A stretch of DNA of 64,000 nucleotides from Candidatus Omnitrophota bacterium (lineage in GTDB: Bacteria > Omnitrophota > Gorgyraeia > Duberdicusellales > 4484-171). How positions within the stretch are numbered: the stretch's first letter is position 1; the number at the start of each line of letters is the position of its first letter. This document shows, piece after piece, positions 20,017 to 29,850 of this stretch. The DNA is taken from contig JBAWWL010000002.1 of the NCBI GenBank assembly GCA_037146775.1, forward strand, positions 134,554 to 198,553, in the 5' to 3' direction. The position numbers were made by a program, and so were the translations under genes. A model generated the notes under the pieces. That model did not search any database. It saw only the letters and a program-made list of their open reading frames with translations, and was not told the DNA's origin.

Positions 20017-20085
20017 GCTATTTAAATCAGATAAGTCTTGCTTGATGAAGACCAGGCTTGTATACTTGATAGCTGGTAGTTGATA
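20017..20085 (+). promoter_or_regulatory. degenerate promoter module copy before the autotransporter
   Basis: TCTTGCTT(20038)-N17-TATACTTGATAGCTGGTAG, in the same position after the DUF4239 remnant as copy E. Confidence 0.5.
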
Positions 20086-20116
20086 GAACTATTCATTTGA
20101 TTAACTAGGAGGTAGT

Positions 20117-22258
20117 TTGAAAAAAATAATTAGCGTATTTTTGATGTTATGTTTTACTATTTATTCTTCTGTTTATGCGGCCTATGATTATACTGCCGTG
20201 GGTGCCGGGGATTGGGATGCTCTTGCCACTTGGGGTACGGCAACTATACCTGGGAGCGGAGACACGGTGAGTATTCCCATAGATCAATCTGCTGGAGGTG
20301 TAACGATCAACAGTGGAGTGGATGCAGTCGCTAAATCTATTCGACTGACCATAAAGGATGGCCTATTGACGATGAACGGAGGAAATCTTACGGTAGACGA
20401 TCTTTGTGGAAGTAAGACCGGAACGCAGGTTATATTTGCGGATGATGGAACTATTACGGGTAATGTGGGCGTTAACGCTAGTTTTACTAGTCCTAAAGTT
20501 CAGCACATATTGATTCAAGCAGGAGCTGTCGCTACCATAGATGGCGATATCGGCACAGACTATATTCGTTTGACCGGGAATGATCCTGATCAGACTTTTC
20601 GTTTGGGCGCCGGGCATACCTTAACTGGAGATATTAGGGTTGGTAGCTCTGGTGGTAGTTTTACGGGAAATCATGGAATAGTTGAATTCCTTGGAAGTGC
20701 AACGGTTAACGGAAATATCGGTACGGTTTGGGCAGGAAAGCTTAGACAGTTGAATCTCTCCAGCGGTACCGTTGACGTGACAGGGAATGTGCGCTCACAA
20801 AACTATGATCTTAAGGGCGCCGCTCTTAATATTACAGGGACTATGGAACAGGTAGATGATGGAACTATTTCAACCCAAGTCAGCAATGCTACAACTTACG
20901 GTAAAATAACCGCCACAGGGACGGCGACTATTCCGGCTACTTCGACGGTCTCGGTCAATGTTTTGGGATATGTGCCTGCAGGTTCAGTGCTTACTATTGT
21001 TGATGGTACCGGCGGCAAAGGAGACACTGTTAGCGCAAGCATACCTGTGACTACCAATAGTGCTGCGCTCTCGTTTACCTCAAATTCTGCGGATTCAGAG
21101 GATCTTACACTTACTGCAGTCCGTAATGGTTATAATAATCTTGCTGGTAACGGCAATGCTTCTGCGGCTGGATCCGCGTTGGAAGCTGCTGGTGCAGCTG
21201 GCGCGTCCGGAGATATGCTTACGGTCTTGAATACGCTTGACAGTTTATCCACGGCAGCGGATGTTTCCAATGCTCTTGATACCTTGATTGCGAATATGAA
21301 TAATGGCGTACCTCAAGTGAGTCAAACAACTTTAGCTAATTTTTTAAGCACTCTGATGAATCACTTAGGCAGTTTAAGATTAGCTAATGCCCCAGCCACA
21401 AGCGGAATTTCTACGGGAGACGCACCAAGAGATAAGGGTATTTGGGCGCAAGGTTTTGGAAGCTATCTGCATCAGGATCCTCAAGGGTCCAGTAATGGCT
21501 ATAATGCTACTATTTGGGGCACTGCCATGGGTATTGATAAGTCGATGAACGATATTTTGCGAGCGGGCTTAAGCTTTGGATATGCCAGTGACAGTATCAG
21601 CTCAAAAGATAATAGCGGCCATACCGATGTAGATAGTTATCAGGGTAATTTATATGCAAGCCTTTTAAAAGAAGACAATTATTTAAACGGCGCACTATCT
21701 TTTGCCTATAATCAATATAGCAGCTCAAGGCATATCTCTTTTAGCGTAATCGACCGGATTGCCAACAGCGATTATGATGGACAGCAGTATTCTTTTTATC
21801 TTGAGGGAGGGCATACTTTTAGAAAGGGAAAACTTGAACTGACTCCGCTAGCCTCTCTTAAATACGAGCATCTTTATTTGGAAAGTTATACAGAGAAAGA
21901 CGCCGGTTCATTAAATCTTGACGTAAATAGCCAGAATTATGATTTTCTTCAATCCGGTTTAGGTGCAAAGTTTGGTTATCCTCTGGAGAATAAATATGGC
22001 ACTTTTATCCCTGAATTTCATCCGAAGTGGTTATATGACTTTATCGGAGACAACCAGCAGTCTAGCGCAACATTTACCGGAGGCGGAGGGTCTTTCCCTA
22101 CCAATGGATTTAGGCCAGCTAAAAGCAGCTTGAATATCGGAACAAAATTCACTCTTGCTGCTAAAAATAACGTAGAACTTTCCTTCGGCTATGATTTTGA
22201 AGTAAAAAAAGATTTCTACGGCCATTCCGGGATTCTGAATATAAGCTACAAATTCTAA
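20117..22258 (+). CDS. autotransporter (type Va) with Gly/Thr-rich passenger
   Basis: AGGAGG RBS + TTG; IWAQGFG barrel start; C-terminal ISYKF. Confidence 0.93.
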   Translation: MKKIISVFLMLCFTIYSSVYAAYDYTAVGAGDWDALATWGTATIPGSGDTVSIPIDQSAGGVTINSGVDAVAKSIRLTIKDGLLTMNGGNLTVDDLCGSKTGTQVIFADDGTITGNVGVNASFTSPKVQHILIQAGAVATIDGDIGTDYIRLTGNDPDQTFRLGAGHTLTGDIRVGSSGGSFTGNHGIVEFLGSATVNGNIGTVWAGKLRQLNLSSGTVDVTGNVRSQNYDLKGAALNITGTMEQVDDGTISTQVSNATTYGKITATGTATIPATSTVSVNVLGYVPAGSVLTIVDGTGGKGDTVSASIPVTTNSAALSFTSNSADSEDLTLTAVRNGYNNLAGNGNASAAGSALEAAGAAGASGDMLTVLNTLDSLSTAADVSNALDTLIANMNNGVPQVSQTTLANFLSTLMNHLGSLRLANAPATSGISTGDAPRDKGIWAQGFGSYLHQDPQGSSNGYNATIWGTAMGIDKSMNDILRAGLSFGYASDSISSKDNSGHTDVDSYQGNLYASLLKEDNYLNGALSFAYNQYSSSRHISFSVIDRIANSDYDGQQYSFYLEGGHTFRKGKLELTPLASLKYEHLYLESYTEKDAGSLNLDVNSQNYDFLQSGLGAKFGYPLENKYGTFIPEFHPKWLYDFIGDNQQSSATFTGGGGSFPTNGFRPAKSSLNIGTKFTLAAKNNVELSFGYDFEVKKDFYGHSGILNISYKF

Positions 22259-22418
22259 ACTCAAAGTCAACGTTTCCTATGATACCCTTAGTTTTTGGCG
22301 GGTCGCGTCATTCTATCTAAGAATGTCACTATTGAATGGGGTTACCAGGCTTGGTTAGTCTAAAAAAGTAATAATAAAATAAATTATTTTTCCTTTTCCA
22401 GGCTCAACAGAGAATAAG

Positions 22419-22455
22419 ATAGCCATAATTGTGTAAAATGATTATGGCTATTTTT
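22419..22455 (+). terminator. intrinsic terminator
   Basis: ATAGCCATAAT/ATTATGGCTAT stem followed by T run. Confidence 0.7.
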
Positions 22456-22622
22456 ATGCCCTAGGGCGTTAAAAGCTTAGGGTATTATTCCTGTTAAGTG
22501 AGACCGTGATTTTTATGATTGTTTTCTATAGTCCAGAGTATTCTAAAATCTGCCGAAATAATCTCCGAATATCGCGAAAAATATCTTTTAGCTTATCTGC
22601 GTAATATTTCTCAAACTTTTTT

Positions 22623-22651
22623 GGAACTTTTTCTCAAATTATATTGTCTAA
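22623..22651 (+). promoter_or_regulatory. sigmaE/ECF-type promoter candidate
   Basis: GGAACTT-N16-GTCTAA upstream of 22775. Confidence 0.55.
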
Positions 22652-22774
22652 GGTAATGAGAACAGGAAAAATACGTATATTTCATCAAACTATTTTGTCA
22701 TAGGCTTTTACGCAGATGAGGTAAAACATGCATTTATTTTATTATAGGAGAAGCGAATAAGAAAGGAGGGGGCC

Positions 22775-23314
22775 ATGATAAAAAAGATAGTAAAAAGTAA
22801 GATTTTAGTAGTCATAATTCTTCTTTTGGCATTTACAGTATCTTATTCATTGAGCGCTTTTGCCGGAGGAAGCCGCGGTGGACAAAATCGTGGCCGCGGC
22901 GGTGATCGTGGCCATTATTCTTATCGCGGTGGCCGCTGGCATGAGAGTGGATGGTTTTGGGGTAGTTTCGCAACCGGCCTGGCAATTGGCACCATAGTTT
23001 CCACACTGCCACCCTACTATGAAACGGTTTATGCAAACGGTGTACCATATTATTGTTATGACAGGGTTTACTACAGGTCATATCCTAGTGGCTATATTGT
23101 TGTCTCGGAACCAAGCACCACTGTTGTGGTCAACTCCGTTGTTACACAGCCTAGGGTTACTGGTGAGGCGATAACAATAAATATTCCTAATGCGGGCGGC
23201 GGATATACGCCGGTTACATTAACTAAATACAAAACTGGTTACCTAGGCCCGCAAGGGGAATATTACGAGGGCCATCCGACCATTGAACAGCTAAGAGTTT
23301 TGTATGGTAAGTAA
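22775..23314 (+). CDS. exported Gly/Arg/Tyr-rich hypothetical protein (DUF6515-like)
   Basis: GGAGG RBS; signal peptide; IGTIVSTLPPYYETVYANGVPYY. Confidence 0.75.
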   Translation: MIKKIVKSKILVVIILLLAFTVSYSLSAFAGGSRGGQNRGRGGDRGHYSYRGGRWHESGWFWGSFATGLAIGTIVSTLPPYYETVYANGVPYYCYDRVYYRSYPSGYIVVSEPSTTVVVNSVVTQPRVTGEAITINIPNAGGGYTPVTLTKYKTGYLGPQGEYYEGHPTIEQLRVLYGK

Positions 23315-23317
23315 ACC

Positions 23318-23712
23318 CAGATTTTGCCTGCTCCCGAAGGGAGCGAGCAAAATCTGCCCGAAGGGCCGCCGCCAAAAGTTCTAAGCCGAAGGCTATCCAA
23401 CAGGCGCCCATAGGGCAGCCTGCTGGGCTATGGAAATTTTGGAAAACGGCGGGGTAATCCCAAAATTTGCCTGCACTTTTTTAGTGCAGAAAATAATTGC
23501 ACAACCACAACCCTTTCAATGGGTAAAACACGCCAAGCACTTTCTAATGCAAATTTTGGGGTAAAGTAACCAATGATGTAAAAAAATGAAGCCGTAAGGT
23601 CGCCCTGGCTGTTATTAAGGCCAGGGCGTGCCTGGCCAAGTGACAAGAAGGGCGACTTATCCGGCGCATTCCGGCACAAGAAATTCCCGCTACTAACCTT
23701 ATGTGGAAATTT
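23318..23712. other. GC-rich, multi-hairpin non-coding element of unknown type
   Basis: Several C-GAA-G capped stems and a 12-bp long-range stem (23459-23470/23549-23560). Confidence 0.5.
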
Positions 23713-23784
23713 TATCAAGCTTACCCAAAACAATAGTCAATCCTATTTATAGCCACCTTAAAAAAATACATAATACATAAAGCA

Positions 23785-23900
23785 ATTCTCACCTAAGATA
23801 TTCTTGATATAGCGCGCCAGCGAGCCTGTAATTGACCTGGGTAGATTAATGAGGTTTCTTTTTGGCTCATGCAGCTGTCTCAGAGTCTTTTTTCTTTAAC
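23785..23900 (+). promoter_or_regulatory. repeated promoter-hairpin module, copy G
   Basis: ATATTCTTGATA(23804)-N17-TGTAATTGACC..TAGAT..GAGGTTTCTTTTTGGCTCA. Confidence 0.75.
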
Positions 23901-23915
23901 ATAAAGAGAGTATTT

Positions 23916-23951
23916 AAGCCCTAATCGCAATAAATGATTATGGCTTTTTTT
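23916..23951 (+). terminator. intrinsic terminator related to 22419-22455
   Basis: AAGCCCTAATC/GATTATGGCTT stem followed by T run. Confidence 0.6.
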
Positions 23952-24158
23952 GTTTCTGAGTGATAGAGAGTTGGAGGTATGTTTATTATTGCACGGTTAC
24001 GATTTTCAGCTAAAACAAAGATTGTAATCATAAGTGCGACAACCGGGAGTATTTTTATTGTTTTAAGCTCAGAGAAGGCGTATAATTAATTACAAATTAT
24101 CCTATTTTTCCATCCGGGAGGTGCTTATAAGGGAGGGCACATCATTAAGATTCTTATC

Positions 24159-25472
24159 GTGAGTTTCTATTTACCTATTGCTTATCACGGTGCGGGTTGT
24201 TATTTGTTTAGGTTTGTTCGATATTTAAAAGAGAATGGTTTTGAAATAGAGTTTGTTTTGCTTTCCGACTTTAACTCAAGCAGGGCTTTATCTTTTTCTG
24301 TCCCACCTGAATTAAGAAAAATCTTCAAAATATCTGTACCGGATTGTTTTCAAATCAAAGGAAGGTTTTTTTCCTGTTGTTTTTCAAAGGCATGTTTCAA
24401 GAAATCCTTTTTCTGGTTTTATGGCAAGCTCTTTACCCTGTTGAAACGGGCGAGTCGTTTTGGCGGTAACCTCTTCCTCCCGCTGAAGAGAGGATACCAT
24501 TTTATACGCAGATCTTCTTTTCGCTCCAGGCACCCTAGTAATAGAAAACATTTAAGATGGGGATATGTTCCTAACAGGAATGATTTGGCGTTCGTTTCAA
24601 AAAGAATTAGGAAATTCTTGCCGGATGTTTTAATTGCGGATCAAGTATTTATGGCTAACATTTTCGATGTAGTGCCTAGCGGGCAGACATGTTTGAAAGT
24701 TTTGCTGCCTCATGATATCCGTTCCCAGCGCTTAAAAAGTTATACCGAACACCATGTTGATTTTGACGAGGCTGCCGAATATTCGCAGGAAGATGAGATA
24801 AAACAGATGAATAAAGCTCAGCTCATTCTGGCCATACATAATGAGGACGCTGTTACTTTGAAGACAATGGTGCCTAAGGCCGAGGTTTTTTCTTTACCCT
24901 ATGCCGTTGAGCCTGTATTGTGTACTCACTCGCAGATCCGGGGGCGTTTGTTGTTTGTCGGCAGCTTAGTGGGCCACAACATCCACGGACTCGAATGGTT
25001 TTTGCGCGAGGTATGGCCGAAAATACTTGAGAAAGTTCCCCACTGCGTTTTACATGTGTGCGGAAATGTGTGTGATGCTATGGAGTGTCACGATAAACGG
25101 GTATGTTTTTGCGGGATAACGGATGATTTAGGCAGCGAATACGCTGCCGCAGAGGTCGTTGTAGTGCCGTTACTGTGCGGGAGTGGTTTGAAAATCAAAG
25201 TGTTAGAAGCGTTGTCTTATGGACGGGTATGCGTCTCGACACAAGTCGGCCTGCAAAGCCTCGATGATGCGTTGGGTTACGATGCGGTTCTTCTGGCAAA
25301 CCATGCCCAGGAATTTGCCGATACTACCGTGAAGTTGTTGATGAATCCCGGCCTGCGAGACAGGATACAGGACAACGCAATAAGATATATCGGGGAAAAA
25401 TACGGACCGGAGAAAATTTATGGGCCAATCAAGAAACGTTTTCTTGAATGGGGGGACAAAAAAAGTTTATGA
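24159..25472 (+). CDS. GT4-family glycosyltransferase
   Basis: FVGSLVGHN..WFLREVWP and GSGLKIKVLEAL motifs. Confidence 0.9.
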   Translation: MSFYLPIAYHGAGCYLFRFVRYLKENGFEIEFVLLSDFNSSRALSFSVPPELRKIFKISVPDCFQIKGRFFSCCFSKACFKKSFFWFYGKLFTLLKRASRFGGNLFLPLKRGYHFIRRSSFRSRHPSNRKHLRWGYVPNRNDLAFVSKRIRKFLPDVLIADQVFMANIFDVVPSGQTCLKVLLPHDIRSQRLKSYTEHHVDFDEAAEYSQEDEIKQMNKAQLILAIHNEDAVTLKTMVPKAEVFSLPYAVEPVLCTHSQIRGRLLFVGSLVGHNIHGLEWFLREVWPKILEKVPHCVLHVCGNVCDAMECHDKRVCFCGITDDLGSEYAAAEVVVVPLLCGSGLKIKVLEALSYGRVCVSTQVGLQSLDDALGYDAVLLANHAQEFADTTVKLLMNPGLRDRIQDNAIRYIGEKYGPEKIYGPIKKRFLEWGDKKSL

Positions 25473-26218
25473 CGGACAACAAAACCATTATTCTCATTAC
25501 TCCGACTCATCCAAGAAAAGACAGGATGAAGTATCTCGAAAGGTCTATAGCGACGTTTCAAAAAGTAAGAAACCTTCTGTGGGTTGTGGTTGAGGACGGG
25601 GATTGCGTTGATGAGGATGTGCGAAAAATTTTAGAGTCCAGCGGTATACATTATCAATATCTCAATTATGGGCCGACGAGGCACTGGGGAGATGAACAGC
25701 GCAATGCCGGCCTTAATTATGTTAAGCGAGAAAAGTTGAGAGGTATCGTATATTTGGCTGATGACGATAATTTTTACGATATTCGCTTATTCAACGAATT
25801 ACGGAAAACTGTTAAAGTTTCGATAATGCCGGTAGGCCATCTCGGGCCGAGAGGGATAGAGCGGCCTATCGTGGTCAACGGAAAAATTAAAAAATGGGAT
25901 GCAAACTGGACCGATCGCGCTTTCCCCATAGACATGGCTGGTTTTGCTTTTAATGCCAGCTTGCTTCAAGCAATGAATGGCACATTATTTGATTTTACGG
26001 GAAAAGGCGGTGAAACTGAATTGTTGAGCAAATTGGTAAAGTCCTGGAACGAATTGGAGCCTTTATGTTGTAATTGTTCGCGATGCTACGTCTGGCATAA
26101 TCAGCCGCTGGGAGAAAGACCGTTATGGACGTATTATCGGCGGCTTTTACTGAAGGCTAAGATAGGCTCTCTTAAAAACTTAAAAAAGTTTTTTATGTTT
26201 CTATCAAAAAAAACCTAA
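25469..26218 (+). CDS. GT43-family glycosyltransferase (B3GAT-like)
   Basis: ITPT, WVVVED, QRNAGL, YLADDDN, FPIDMAGFAFN and VWH motifs. Confidence 0.88.
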   Translation: MTDNKTIILITPTHPRKDRMKYLERSIATFQKVRNLLWVVVEDGDCVDEDVRKILESSGIHYQYLNYGPTRHWGDEQRNAGLNYVKREKLRGIVYLADDDNFYDIRLFNELRKTVKVSIMPVGHLGPRGIERPIVVNGKIKKWDANWTDRAFPIDMAGFAFNASLLQAMNGTLFDFTGKGGETELLSKLVKSWNELEPLCCNCSRCYVWHNQPLGERPLWTYYRRLLLKAKIGSLKNLKKFFMFLSKKT

Positions 26219-26221
26219 CGC

Positions 26222-28090
26222 ATGTGTGGCATAGCAACTATTTTTCATTATAAGAGCGGTACGGTTGAAAAGGCGCAGCTCCTGCGTATGCGGGATGCAA
26301 TGAAAACCCGCGGACCGGATGGCTCTGGTGTTTGGGTGTCTGCCGATTGTCGGCTCGGTTTAGCGCATCGCCGTCTTTCGGTCATTGATCTTTCTGAAAA
26401 CGCAGGGCAGCCAATGCTAAGCGTGGACGGACGTTATATTATCAGTTTTAACGGGGAAATTTACAATTACAGAGAAATTCGGGAAAGGCTTATTCGTAAG
26501 GGCCATCGTTTTAAATCCGAATCAGACACGGAAGTTCTTCTTGAGCTCTACCGGGAAAAAGGTAAAGATTTATTGTATGAAATACGAGGCATGTTCGCAT
26601 TTACCATTTGGGATAATAACGAAAAGGTATTATTTTTAGCCCGTGACCCCTACGGGATTAAGCCGCTTTATTATTCCGACGATGGCCATGTTATTCGTAT
26701 AGCGTCTCAAGTGAAAGCGTTGTTGGCGGGCGGCGCTATCCCTCGGTCTGTCGATGCGGCCGGCGTTGTGGGTTTTTTCCTTATGGGGTCGGTTCCGGAA
26801 CCTTACACGATCAATAAAAATATTAAGGCGTTGCCCAGCGGCCATTGCATGTATGTTAATTATGCAGGTGTTCAGGAACCGAAGGAATACCTCTCGATAA
26901 CTCGCGTTTTTGCCCAAGCTGCCGCTTCCCCGGAATCGGGTGTGGCGATAAAGTCCACTCTCCTTGATACAGTGAAGCATCATTTTGTTTCGGATGTTCC
27001 TGTGGGGATTTTTTTGTCGGGAGGAGTTGATTCCGGAGCGCTTGTGGGATTGGCTCGCGACGCAGGGCTGAAGACTACCGCGATTACGCTGGCTTTCGAT
27101 GAATTTCGTGATTCGCAAGAGGATGAAGTGCCGTTAGCTAAAGAAACGGCCGCTCATTACGGGATAGAACATTTTATCTACCGTTTGACCCAGGAGGAAT
27201 TTCAGAAAGATCTGCCAAAAATCTGGGATGCAATGGATCAGCCATCGATAGATGGAATTAACACTTATTTCGTGAGCAAGGCGGCAAGAAATTATGGCTT
27301 AAAAGTAGTACTATCCGGCTTAGGCGGCGACGAATTATTTGCCGGCTATCCGACATTCAAAAGTATTCCAAGGATGGTCCGCCGGTTACGCCGGTTTTCT
27401 CGTATGCCGTTTTTAGGGGACGCTTATCGTATGTACCATTCTAAATTTTCCAAACATCGTTTTCAGCGTGAACCACAATTCCCCGGCCGTGTTAAATACG
27501 GCGGTAGTTACGCAGGCGCTTATCTCTTGTGTCGGGGTTTGTTCATGCCGTGGGAGCTTGGTGCTTTACTGGATGAAGAAGTTCTGCGTGAAGGATTCAA
27601 CCGGTTGGATATTTTGAGGCATATCGATAACGCCATAAAACCTGACCCTCAAAATGATTACGCGAGAGTAGCTTGCCTTGAGGCGTCCTTTTACATGCGC
27701 AATCAGCTTTTGCAAAGTGTTGATTGGGCCGGGATGGCGCATGGTGTGGAAATCCGGGTGCCCTATATCGATATTAACTTACTAAGGGCGGTTGCCGGGG
27801 TTCAAGCTTCGGCAAAAGAATTAGATTTTTCTCCAATATCCCCAGACAAAGAATTGTTGGTTAAAAGCCTATCGCGGCCTTTGCCGGCAGGAGTCACCAA
27901 TCGCGCTAAAACTGGTTTTTGCTTGCCGTTGGATTTGTGGCTGGAAGCTAAAGGGTATGATAGTTGGAAGGGTGTTGCGCTTTTATCTCGTTCCTGGGGT
28001 CATTGGTTTCGTCGATGGGCATACGTGGTATTCCAGCAATTTGGCGCAGACTCTTGTCTAAAAAAGAACAGCATACAGCTGTTTAATTAA
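26222..28090 (+). CDS. asnB: asparagine synthase (glutamine-hydrolysing)-like amidotransferase
   Basis: MCGI, RGPD, LAHRRLSVID, FNGEIYNY, LSGGVDS and LSGLGGDELFAGY motifs. Confidence 0.92.
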   Translation: MCGIATIFHYKSGTVEKAQLLRMRDAMKTRGPDGSGVWVSADCRLGLAHRRLSVIDLSENAGQPMLSVDGRYIISFNGEIYNYREIRERLIRKGHRFKSESDTEVLLELYREKGKDLLYEIRGMFAFTIWDNNEKVLFLARDPYGIKPLYYSDDGHVIRIASQVKALLAGGAIPRSVDAAGVVGFFLMGSVPEPYTINKNIKALPSGHCMYVNYAGVQEPKEYLSITRVFAQAAASPESGVAIKSTLLDTVKHHFVSDVPVGIFLSGGVDSGALVGLARDAGLKTTAITLAFDEFRDSQEDEVPLAKETAAHYGIEHFIYRLTQEEFQKDLPKIWDAMDQPSIDGINTYFVSKAARNYGLKVVLSGLGGDELFAGYPTFKSIPRMVRRLRRFSRMPFLGDAYRMYHSKFSKHRFQREPQFPGRVKYGGSYAGAYLLCRGLFMPWELGALLDEEVLREGFNRLDILRHIDNAIKPDPQNDYARVACLEASFYMRNQLLQSVDWAGMAHGVEIRVPYIDINLLRAVAGVQASAKELDFSPISPDKELLVKSLSRPLPAGVTNRAKTGFCLPLDLWLEAKGYDSWKGVALLSRSWGHWFRRWAYVVFQQFGADSCLKKNSIQLFN

Positions 28091-28107
28091 ATAAAAGATA
28101 AATCCGT

Positions 28108-28923
28108 ATGGTCAGAAGTTTTATGCGTCACATTTTAAGAAAATATCTAGGAGACATCCGTTATCAAAAGTTTTTTGAAAAGCTCCACACCTACGCTTTG
28201 GAGGGCATGAATTGCGGGGGAGGAGCTTACGTTGAAAATAGCGGTGAAGCTGGTGTCGTAAAATTCATTCTAAAAAAAATAGCCGACAGCAATCCAATTC
28301 TTTTTGATGTCGGCGCAAGTATCGGAAAATATACAAGCCTGATTGAGGGTGTATCGAAGGAGATTCCGGGGGCGATCATTTATTCGTTTGAGCCTTCAAG
28401 AGTTGCTTTTGATACATTGCTGATGAAGATGGGTAACAAGCCCAATATTTCATTACACCGTATCGGTTTTGGCGACTGTAACAAGAAAGCGAAGCTTTTC
28501 TATGATGTGGAGGGTTCTGAGCTCTCGTCTCTCTATCGTAGAAGGATTAGAAATTCTAATAGCATAATGAATTTATCAGAAGAAATTGAAATTCGAACCA
28601 TTGATTCATTCTGTGCGGAAAAAGGAATAGGGCATATTCATCTCCTTAAATTGGATGTCGAAGGATATGAACTTTGCGCATTGCAGGGCGCGCAAGAAAT
28701 GCTTAGGCGAGATGCAATTGATTTTATCCAATTTGAATTCAGCTCATGCAATATCGATTCAAAAACCTATTTTCAAGATTTTTGGTGGTTGCTCAATGAT
28801 ACCTATAAGATCTATCGTGTAGTAAAAAATGGGATCTATCCGATAGGGGATTATGATGAAAAGCGTGAAATATTCTCGACAACTAACTATGTAGCGGAAA
28901 GAAAAAATATCGCTCGTATCTGA
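28108..28923 (+). CDS. FkbM-family methyltransferase
   Basis: FDVGA, SFEP, LLKLDVEGYE and IQFEF motifs. Confidence 0.92.
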   Translation: MVRSFMRHILRKYLGDIRYQKFFEKLHTYALEGMNCGGGAYVENSGEAGVVKFILKKIADSNPILFDVGASIGKYTSLIEGVSKEIPGAIIYSFEPSRVAFDTLLMKMGNKPNISLHRIGFGDCNKKAKLFYDVEGSELSSLYRRRIRNSNSIMNLSEEIEIRTIDSFCAEKGIGHIHLLKLDVEGYELCALQGAQEMLRRDAIDFIQFEFSSCNIDSKTYFQDFWWLLNDTYKIYRVVKNGIYPIGDYDEKREIFSTTNYVAERKNIARI

Positions 28924-28955
28924 TACCCGGCAGAGCCCCCGGTCGGTGAAGGCAA

Positions 28956-29711
28956 ATGGCATCAATCTTTTTTCGTGATTTACGCAGGAAATATAAATAT
29001 TTTGGATTTAAATTCAAATGTCCATTCTGCGGGGGATATTTTAGGAAATTCTTGCCCTGCGGGTTTGATTTTCCCGTGCTTGAAAAATATAAAGTTATTG
29101 GCGGACGGGTTCGCCCGCAAGGGATGTGTCCGTATTGCCGTTCGATAGATAGAGAACGCCTCATTTTCCTGTATTTAAAGAATAAAACCGAAATTTTCCT
29201 CAAACCCGTGGATCTATTGCACGTGGCCCCGGAGGCAAGATTACAAAAAGTGCTTATGGCTGCTCCCAATATAAATTATCTCAGTGCAGACCGCGATCCT
29301 GCTGCGGCAATGGCTAAAATGGATATAACCGATATTCCATATAAGAATGAAAATTTTGATGTTATCCTGTGTAACCATGTCCTGGAGCATGTAGTCGATG
29401 ACCATAAGGCGATGTCTGAATTGTACCGGGTTTTAAAACCGGGCGGTTGGGCAATACTTCAGGTGCCCATATCGGCTATTTTACCAGCCACTTACGAAGA
29501 TCCGGCGATTACTGCTCCTAGAGAAAGGGAAAAGGCGTTTGGGCAAGATGTACACGTTAGGATCTATGCTAAAGATTATAAGGCAAGGCTTGAGAGGGCT
29601 GGTTTCTCTGTTACCACATATAACTTTTCAGCCGATTATGGGAAACAGGCAGCTCTTCGGTATGGGCTTATAGAGGAAGAAGACTTGTATATTTGTTCAA
29701 AGAAGAATTAA
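28956..29711 (+). CDS. class I SAM-dependent methyltransferase with N-terminal Zn ribbon
   Basis: CPFC/CPYC, LLHVAPE, CNHVLEHV and RVLKPGG motifs. Confidence 0.9.
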   Translation: MASIFFRDLRRKYKYFGFKFKCPFCGGYFRKFLPCGFDFPVLEKYKVIGGRVRPQGMCPYCRSIDRERLIFLYLKNKTEIFLKPVDLLHVAPEARLQKVLMAAPNINYLSADRDPAAAMAKMDITDIPYKNENFDVILCNHVLEHVVDDHKAMSELYRVLKPGGWAILQVPISAILPATYEDPAITAPREREKAFGQDVHVRIYAKDYKARLERAGFSVTTYNFSADYGKQAALRYGLIEEEDLYICSKKN

Positions 29712-29850
29712 TGAAAAATGCAAGGATTACGTAAGAATTTTTTTAATATGACATCGGATCGTAAAAGAGATCTGTCCCGGACAACTTCTGTTGACAAGTT
29801 TCGTTAACGATATGTATGTATAGCGTACTGGTTATTATTGATGAACGCGT

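Noticed and set aside
22340-22370. Third GGTTACC promoter
   Set aside because: No TACTT at the 16-bp spacing.
23472-23488. NtrC box TGCAC-N7-GTGCA
   Set aside because: It lies inside the structured element, far from nitrogen genes, and is better explained as a hairpin stem.
23849-23899. Phe-rich 16-codon leader peptide in module G
   Set aside because: No RBS, and the ATG and frame are not conserved in other module copies.
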